Shown here: piece by piece, positions 55,360 to 64,000 of the stretch
Numbering within the stretch: the stretch's first letter is position 1
Layout of the letters: every line of letters starts with the position of its first letter
NCBI GenBank assembly: GCA_965224025.1
Contig: OZ245033.1
Coordinates: forward strand, 4,384,001 to 4,448,000
Direction: 5' to 3'
Length of the DNA stretch: 64,000 bases
Source of the DNA: Candidatus Multivorans sp.
GTDB lineage: Bacteria > Acidobacteriota > Thermoanaerobaculia > Multivoradales > Multivoraceae
Notes under the pieces: generated by a model
Databases searched by the model: none
The model's input: only the letters and a program-made list of their open reading frames with translations
What the model was told of the DNA's origin: nothing
Position numbers and translations under genes: made by a program

Positions 55360-56172
55360 CTACTCCGGTGTCGCGCCACGGCGCAGATGGCCGTAGGCCG
55401 CGTCCTCTCCCCCGAGGGGAATGCACTTGAACTCGAGCAGCCGCGCGTTCTCCTCAAGGCGCCGGTAGAGCGGCATGCTGATGGTCCAGGGTTCGGTGAA
55501 CACTTGTGGGTCCGTGATCGTGGCCTCGTAGCGCATCCAATTCGGGCCGGTCGGCGTAAACCGTTCCTCCACGACGAGCTCCTCGCTGTGGAAGTTGCCC
55601 GAGGCGTCGAACCAGGTGTCGACCATCTGATCCGTCACCTCGACCACCAGCGTGTCACCCTCGAAGCGGCCGAGCGAGTAGCCCATCCAGGACGGCAGCT
55701 CCGCCCTCGTGCCGGGCCGGTCGAGACGGACTGCCCGGCTGTTGCCTCCCCATTCGTAGGCGAAGAAAACCGCCTTCGGTGTCTGCACGATCTGGAACGG
55801 CAGCGGCATGTAGTTGGCGCGCGGAATGCCCGGTATGAAGCACTTCGCCGCCGGGTCCAGGTTCAACCAGTCGGCGCGGTTCGCGTTGCGCTGCTCCAGC
55901 GCCCAGTCCTGGTACGGGATGCTGCCGCCCTCGACCACGCTCAGCCCTGCCGGAATCGCTCCGAGAGCTCCGTACTCCGGCACCGGAGTACGCCGCGCGC
56001 GGTGACCCTCCAGGTCCCAGTGGGCGCTGTTCATCGTTTGCCAGATGCCGTTCAGATCCGGATCGCCGTCCGGCGTCCGCGGCCCTTCGTAGGCGCCGTC
56101 CTGTGCCTGCGTAGCCGCAGCCACAGCCATGAGCATCGCCGGCAGCGACACGGCCAGACTGTGCTTTTTCAT
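55360..56172 (-). CDS. Secreted protein distantly related to the 'YACHEGN' family
   Basis: PRTPDGDPDLNGIWQ, DPAAKC, GYSLGRFEGDTLVV, LLEFKC. Confidence 0.8.
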   Translation of the reverse strand: MKKHSLAVSLPAMLMAVAAATQAQDGAYEGPRTPDGDPDLNGIWQTMNSAHWDLEGHRARRTPVPEYGALGAIPAGLSVVEGGSIPYQDWALEQRNANRADWLNLDPAAKCFIPGIPRANYMPLPFQIVQTPKAVFFAYEWGGNSRAVRLDRPGTRAELPSWMGYSLGRFEGDTLVVEVTDQMVDTWFDASGNFHSEELVVEERFTPTGPNWMRYEATITDPQVFTEPWTISMPLYRRLEENARLLEFKCIPLGGEDAAYGHLRRGATPE

Positions 56173-56269
56173 GGCCGGGAACTATAGCGAAGCGGCTGCT
56201 TTGCCGGGCAGCTACGGCAGGCGGAACACGAACAGACCGTTGCCGCCGCTGGGATACCTGATCTCCGGA

Positions 56270-56490
56270 CTGACATGTCCAAGGCCCGGACATTGCTCGG
56301 CTACCGGGACGTGGTCGACCCGGAAACCGCGACCCGCGTCACCGCCCGCCACCTTGCCGCCAATCCGCCGGACGAGAAGGATCTCTACGCCGCCGGTACC
56401 GGACGCTTCGACTACGAGCGCGAGGACCGCATCGTCGAGCGCTGGCGGCAGGCGCAGGCGCTGATGACGGCAGACTCAAGAGTTGGCTGA
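56270..56490 (+). pseudogene. C-terminal fragment of an NAD-dependent epimerase-like protein
   Basis: DMSKARTLLGYRDVVDPETATRVTARHLAANPP...FDYERED; no Rossmann N-terminus. Confidence 0.45.
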
Positions 56491-56512
56491 TACCCTCGCA
56501 ACCACCGAACCC

Positions 56513-56586
56513 AACCCGGGTGACGCGTCTCGCGACACACGCGAACCAGTCCGAGCGCTCGTCGTCAGGCGCACGGATGGAACACG
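56513..56586 (+). repeat. Two-hairpin repeat, family B, copy 2 (degenerate)
   Basis: AACCCGGGTGACGCG...GAACCAGTCCGAGCGCTCGTC...GCGCACGGATGG aligns with 59750-59823. Confidence 0.7.
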
Positions 56587-56610
56587 TAGGAGTCGTCGAC
56601 GATCAGACGG

Positions 56611-56833
56611 ATGATGATCGTTCTTGCTCTAGCCGTTGTCCTGCTCGCGGCCTGCGCTCCAGACGCGGAAGACTCGGCAATGCCGCGCACGCCGTCGGGC
56701 CACCCTGACCTGCAGGGGCTGTGGACGAACACCACCCTGACGCCCTTTGAACGGCCCGTCGAACTGGGCGGTCACCAACACGCTGAGCGGCGCTCGCCAC
56801 CTGGAGAGGACGGGCGCGGCCACTGGTCCGTAG
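56611..56833 (+). pseudogene. Internally deleted paralogue of gene 10-987
   Basis: 5' part PRTPSGHPDLQGLWTNTTLTPFERPVELG is joined to the last codons of gene 1 at AACTGGGCG (56762-56770). Confidence 0.9.
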
Positions 56834-56924
56834 CGCCGTTCGCTACGACATCACTCGCCCCAAGACCGGCGAACCAACGCACGCAACGCGGCGGCGACTC
56901 GTCTCCGCGTCGAGGGACCACACG

Positions 56925-58001
56925 ATGAGTTTCGACACGATGAGTTTTGACGCTGGCCGCTTCCCCGTTCCCGTCCGCGAGGACATGGCCACCGCACTGC
57001 GCAGGTCGTGGGCCGACATCGGCCGCCCCGGCACCTGGTGGACCGGTCCCGAACGTGTCGCCATCGCGGCTCTCGCCCGTGCCGAGCGCCTTCAGCGCAC
57101 CGAGCCGCCCTGGCGCCGCGACCATTCGCAGCCGCTGCCGCCCCCCCTGCCCGGGAAGGCGGTCGAAGCGGCGCGCAAGATCGGCGCAGATCCGACCCAC
57201 CTCGACCGCGATTGGGCCGAAGGCACGATCGCCGAGCTCGGCGACGCACCGTACGTCGAACTCGCCTCGGTCGTCGTGACGACGGTCGCCGTCGACGCAT
57301 TCTGTGAAGCGATGGGGATAGAGCACGAGGCGCTGCCCGAACCCGAGACCGGCGAGCCGACCCGCGAACGGCCGGACGGCATGGGCGACATCGGCGCCTG
57401 GGTACCCGTCCAGGTGGTCGACTGGAACCGCGCCAACGTGGCCCGCGCACTGAGCCTGGTGCCGGAAGGCGTGCGCACCTTCTTCCGCATGGTGGTCGCC
57501 ATGTACGCGGGCACGGTCACCGACTTCGAGAAAATGGTCTGGGACCACCGGCCCCTCGCCCGCCCCCAGGTCGAGCTGATCGCGGCCAGGGTTTCGGCTC
57601 TCAACCAGTGCTTCTACTGAACGACCGCCCACACCATGCTGCTCCGGGCGAGCAGCGACGCAGTTGGAGCGGAAGTCGACCTGAGCGCGACGGTGGAGGA
57701 CGCCGCCGACGGCGGCGTCGAGCATGGCGAGCTGCTGACCGCGTTCGCCGAAGCCGTGGTGCGGGCCACGGACGACCTGGACGATGCGCGCGCCCGCGCG
57801 TTAGAGACTCTGGGCCCAGCGAAGTTCGTCGAGGCTGCCGCCACGGTCGGTATCTTCAACGGCCTCGTCCGCGTCGCGGACTCGACCGGCATCCCCAGCG
57901 ACGCGAACACCCTGGAGCGCACCGCCGACGTCCGCGATGAACTCGGCTTCAACCGCTGGGGCGGCGCGAAGTCGTCCGGCGTCGCCGAGGCGCCGGCGTA
58001 G
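56925..58001 (+). CDS. AhpD-like alkylhydroperoxidase-related selenoprotein (UGA read as Sec at 57618-57620)
   Basis: ORFs 56925-57620 and 57636-58001 are in frame: LARPQVELIAARVSALNQCFY-U-TTAHTMLL; hairpin follows the UGA. Confidence 0.8.
57638..57656 (+). promoter_or_regulatory. Putative bacterial SECIS hairpin
   Basis: GCTGCTC-CGGGC-GAGCAGC; stem begins 17 nt after the UGA; G in loop position 2. Confidence 0.6.
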
Positions 58002-58169
58002 CCGGCTACTGCGGCGGCGCGGCACTCCGAGAAGCGACTCGGCCCCGCCAAGAAGACGCAGACACTCCGCTCCCTGCCTACTGCGCCTCCGCGAGGCACG
58101 CCTCCGGGAACGCGGACAGGTCCGCGAACGCGTCCGGCTCGCCGGGCGCCTTCGCGTCGGCGCAACGAC

Positions 58170-58370
58170 GGTGGCGCCGAACGTCACGGAGGCCGACGCG
58201 CTTGCACTGTCCGAGCATGTGTAGGTGATCGTGTAGTTCGTGTCGCTCGTGACAGTCGGAAGAGTCCCGCTTGCCACGCGCGTTGAAGGTGTGAACGCGA
58301 TACCAGGCGGTTGCCCCGACAAACTGTAGCTGTAGGGAGCCGTACCTCCCGTTGCCTCCGGGAACAACGT
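58170..58370 (-). pseudogene. Fragment of a putative Ig-like (He_PIG) domain
   Basis: FPEATGGTAPYSYSLSGQPPGIAFTPSTRVASGTLP...YTITYTCSDS; truncated next to the IS fragment. Confidence 0.6.
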
Positions 58371-58383
58371 GTTGACAGCGCCG

Positions 58384-58635
58384 CCTGGTCGAGGACGGCG
58401 TGCGCGAGTCCACTCAGAGCTGGCGCGAAGTGCTGCTGGACCTGAGCGCCGCGGCCTGGCGGAGGCGCCGAAGCTGGCGGTGGGCGACGGCGCGATGGGC
58501 TTCCGGAGGGCGCTCGAGGAGGTCTACGGCGGCGCCCGGGAGCAGCGGTGCTGGGTGCACAAGACGAGGAATGTGCTGAACTACCTGCCGAAGTCGTCCC
58601 AAGCGAAGGCGAAGCAGGCCCTGCACGAGATCGCC
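58384..58635 (+). mobile_element. IS256-family transposase internal fragment
   Basis: EDGVRESTQSWREVLLDL, frameshift, PKLAVGDGAMGFRRALEEVY...QRCWVHKTRNVLNYLPKS. Confidence 0.85.
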
Positions 58636-58639
58636 ACCG

Positions 58640-59709
58640 CACCTCCCGCCGGCGATAGTTGCGTCCGATCCGGTACCCGAGAAACTCGATCGGCTCCTCC
58701 GGCACCAGGCAGCATCGGGTCTTCTCGGCATTGATCGGCAGCTTCAGACGACCCATCAGCCACTCGACCGCCGCCAGCATCGAAGCTGACGGCGCTCTGC
58801 CGAGCACGACAAAGTCGTCCGCGTAGTTGACGATCTCCGCGTCGAAGCGCCGGGCGAAGCCCAGCGACTTGAAGCCCAGGATGAAGCGCCGCATGTAGAT
58901 GTTGCTGAGAAGAGGCGAAATGGGAGCGCCCTGTGGCGTGCCCTTCCGCTCGCGACGCGCACGGTTCGTGCGGCGTTGGCCGCCCTTCCCGTCGTCCTCT
59001 ACTACCGCCATCTCCAGCCACGCCTTGACCCATCCAAGCATCCGGCCGTCGCTCACGCGACGGGCGATCGACTTGAGCAGCTCGGCGTGCGGTATCTGAC
59101 CGAAGTAGTCCGACAAGTCCGCGTCCACCACCTCGCGGCGGCCCTTGCTCACCAACGCATGCACCCGCTCGACCGCGGCCTGCGCGCTGCGCCCAGGCCG
59201 ACAGGCGTACTGCTCCGGTTCCAGGTCGGCCTCGAAGATCGGCGATAACACCAGCATCGCCGCCGTCTGGGCCACCCGGTCCCGCACGCAGGGGATCCCA
59301 ACGCCCGGTACTTCCCCTTCTGCTTCTTCGGGATCAGCACCTGCCGCGCCGCTTGCGGACGGTAAGCGCCTTCCCTCAAGTCCCGCGACAGTCCCCCAAG
59401 TCAACGCTCCACTCCGAACGACTCGATGTCCGCCACCGTCTCACCGTCCACGCCCGCAGTGCCGCCTTTGCGGCGAACCGCCTGCCAGGCCACGAACAGC
59501 ACGTCGGCGCGCCACGCCTTGTCCCTCGCGGGATTCCGGTTCAGCGCGTGCCACGCCACCGATGGGGCTTCCCGTGTTGCCTCCTTCTCCCTCTTGCATG
59601 CGTGCCGCCGCCACTACCCCGGCGGAACCGACCGGTGCTTCCGCCTGGAACGACAGTTGGCCGGGCGGGATTCGCACCCGCTGGGACAAGGCGCCTTACC
59701 ACGGCGCAC
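58640..59709 (-). mobile_element. Degenerate group II intron: 5' end plus RT/maturase pseudogene, 3' domains lost
   Basis: Minus-strand 5' end GTGCGCCGTGG at 59709; RT motifs AGVDG, LIPK, LGIPCVRDRVAQ, DADLSDYF, GTPQGAPISPLLSNIY, YADD, FLGY; stop at 59401-59403 and a frameshift near 59315. Confidence 0.85.
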
Positions 59710-59749
59710 AGCGCAGTGAGCGCAAGCCCCCCGCCCTCCGACCAAGCGC

Positions 59750-59823
59750 GAACCCGGGTGGCGCGATCCGCGCCACCCGTGAACCAGTCCGTGCGCCCGT
59801 CAGCGCGCGCACGGATGGCACGC
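59750..59823 (+). repeat. Two-hairpin repeat, family B, copy 3
   Basis: GGGTGGCGCG-ATC-CGCGCCACCC followed by TCCGTGCGC...GCGCACGGA. Confidence 0.75.
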
Positions 59824-59878
59824 CACCTGGGGTTGCCCCCCTCAGACCGCCGACCAGCCGGCGGATGTAGCCCATGCC

Positions 59879-59910
59879 CGCCGCCGCGCCGCCGCGCCGC
59901 CGCGCCGCCG
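59879..59910. repeat. 8-bp tandem repeat CGCCGCCG x4
   Basis: Read directly from the sequence, just downstream of the oxidase stop. Confidence 0.7.
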
Positions 59911-59912
59911 GC

Positions 59913-60719
59913 TCAGGGGTACGGGTAGTCGAGGTCGAGGAACGGCAGAGCGCTGAGGACGCCCGGGGGGGCGACGGGCAGGGCGCGGTGGAGGTAGGAC
60001 TGGTCGAGCTGGTCCCAACTGGTGACGCCGAGGAGGCCGAGGCAGGTGACGATCTCGTGTTCGAGGATCTTGAGCATGCACACGACGCCGTCGCGGCCGC
60101 CGGCGGCCATGGCGATGCACTCGAGGCGGCCGACCGAGGGCGGGCGCCACCGCTTCAGGATGTCCCGTTCGCGCCGGCTGTAGACCTGGGTGTCGACCGT
60201 GAGGCAGAAGCCGTTGTAGCCCGCGCTCTGCGCCCGGCGGATCAATCCCCGCATCCAGTCTTCGTCGTCGGCGAGATAGAGTTGGTACACCTTGGCCGAG
60301 TCGGAGGCCTCCGCGGAGCCCTTGAGTCCGGGAAGACACACCGAACTGACGAAGTGCATGATCCCGAAGTCCTCGGCCGCCTTCGCGGCCGTGGCGCCGC
60401 CGCCTTCCTCGAACAACTGCAACGAGCCGATCGGCGCCAGGATCACGGGGATGCGGAGGTCATGTCCCAGTAGCGAGCCCCCGGGTTCGACTTCCGCGAC
60501 GTTGGTCAGCACGCGCGGCCGGAACGCGACCGAGTCGAGCGCCTGCCGGTTGCGCCTGACAGACGTCTCCGTCTCGGCGCCGCCGACCAGGTAGTCCCAG
60601 ACGTCCCGAGTCAGCTTCCGGCGCGCCGCCACGACCAGTTCGTGGAAGGTCAGAGCGCTCTTCGCGGCGGCCCCCGGTTCAAACGGGTCGTCGGTCAAGT
60701 ATCGTCGCGGGTCGGTCAC
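59913..60719 (-). pseudogene. FMN-dependent alpha-hydroxy-acid oxidase with an in-frame internal deletion
   Basis: WDYLVGGAETE, FRPRVL, LAPIG, YQLY, LTVD...RRERD then jumps to VGRL...GGRDGV; catalytic Lys, SNHGGR and DGG motifs absent. Confidence 0.8.
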
Positions 60720-60800
60720 GGAATCGCTCTGTTCGCGGTTCGGCGGACCCTAACAGCACCCCGCCCGGCCGCAACGACACATGGAAACTACGCACCGCCC

Positions 60801-61166
60801 ATGATCGAGGTCGACCTGCCGCGGTTCGAGCGCCTGCTGAGCCGAGCCCTGGACACGCTGCCGCGGGCCTTCGCCGACCTGCTGGACAACATCGCGGTGG
60901 TGGTCGAGGAGGAACCGAACGAGGAGGACCTGCGCCTGGTCGGCCTGGACCCGGAAGAGGACGACCTGCTGGGGCTATACCACGGCGTACCGCTCGATGA
61001 ACGAGGCAGCGGCTACAGCTCCCTACCCGACCGGGTCGTGATATACCGTCTGCCGATCCTGTGGATTTGCGACACGGAGGAGGATGTCGTACGCGAGGTG
61101 CGCGACACCCTGGTCCACGAGTTGGGCCACCACTTCGGCCTGGGCGACGACGATATGCCGTACTAG
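60801..61166 (+). CDS. Minimal zincin metallopeptidase family protein
   Basis: LLGLYHGVPL, PDRVVIYR, TLVHELGHHFG. Confidence 0.9.
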   Translation: MIEVDLPRFERLLSRALDTLPRAFADLLDNIAVVVEEEPNEEDLRLVGLDPEEDDLLGLYHGVPLDERGSGYSSLPDRVVIYRLPILWICDTEEDVVREVRDTLVHELGHHFGLGDDDMPY

Positions 61167-61257
61167 AGCCCCGCCTGATGGCGGCTGGCCGGCCTTCGCC
61201 GTCTTCGTCGGCCCGGAAGATCAAGCGCCGTCGATAAGGCGCTGTCTGGAGCATGAT

Positions 61258-61308
61258 CTTTATGGAAATCGACTCAGATCTCGCCAACTTAAGCGAAATG
61301 GAATAAGA
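61258..61308. promoter_or_regulatory. Two imperfect direct repeats upstream of lon, weakly HAIR/HspR-like
   Basis: CTTTATG-GAAATCG-ACTCAGA (61258) and CTTAAGC-GAAATGG-AATAAGA (61288), 30 bp apart in an AT-rich patch. Confidence 0.35.
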
Positions 61309-61378
61309 TCTCTCGCCAGCCCCGTTCCGTCGATCAACACGACCGGCAAACCGACCCGGACAGCGAGGCGACAACGAC

Positions 61379-64000
<2,622 letters not shown>

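Noticed and set aside
58640-59520. Diversity-generating retroelement or retron
   Set aside because: The RT has group II features (RT0 region, YADD, GTGCG 5' end); no TR/VR pair or msr-msd found

Overview
GC-rich bacterial chromosomal window. An Acidobacteriota origin (Thermoanaerobaculia-like) is inferred from a VWA-related acidobacterial protein and a 'VKVLDGCxxNG' repeat-domain remnant. Product names come from motif recognition by eye; no database was searched. Layout: (1) 1-20 kb is a periplasmic/copper-related region: secreted 'GxPDLxGxW...YACHEGN' family proteins, two cytochrome c / copper-monooxygenase-like fusions, a rhodanese, a TonB-dependent receptor, copCD, tandem Nramp-like transporters and a beta-propeller, interrupted by a HEPN-CBS gene and a decayed DUF1016 nuclease. 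(2) A strongly structured intergenic region at about 20 kb. (3) Housekeeping/metabolic genes: tricorn-like S41 protease, SDR, BVMO, CoA-transferase, fabH, serine hydrolase, lon. (4) A defence/TA-rich stretch at 37-49 kb. (5) A 53-61 kb zone of gene fragments (IS256, group II intron, deleted paralogues) that also holds a likely AhpD-like selenoprotein. Strongest observations: an in-frame UGA (CxxU) with a SECIS-like hairpin at 57618-57656; three in-frame palindromes with core GTTTCCGCGGAAAC, one a perfect 34-mer, inside a DUF222-HNH gene; two interspersed hairpin-repeat families, one inserted in-frame in an enzyme; and a microhomology-bounded deletion in a paralogue of gene 1. Several single-base frameshifts could be assembly errors. 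No rRNA, tRNA or CRISPR array was seen.
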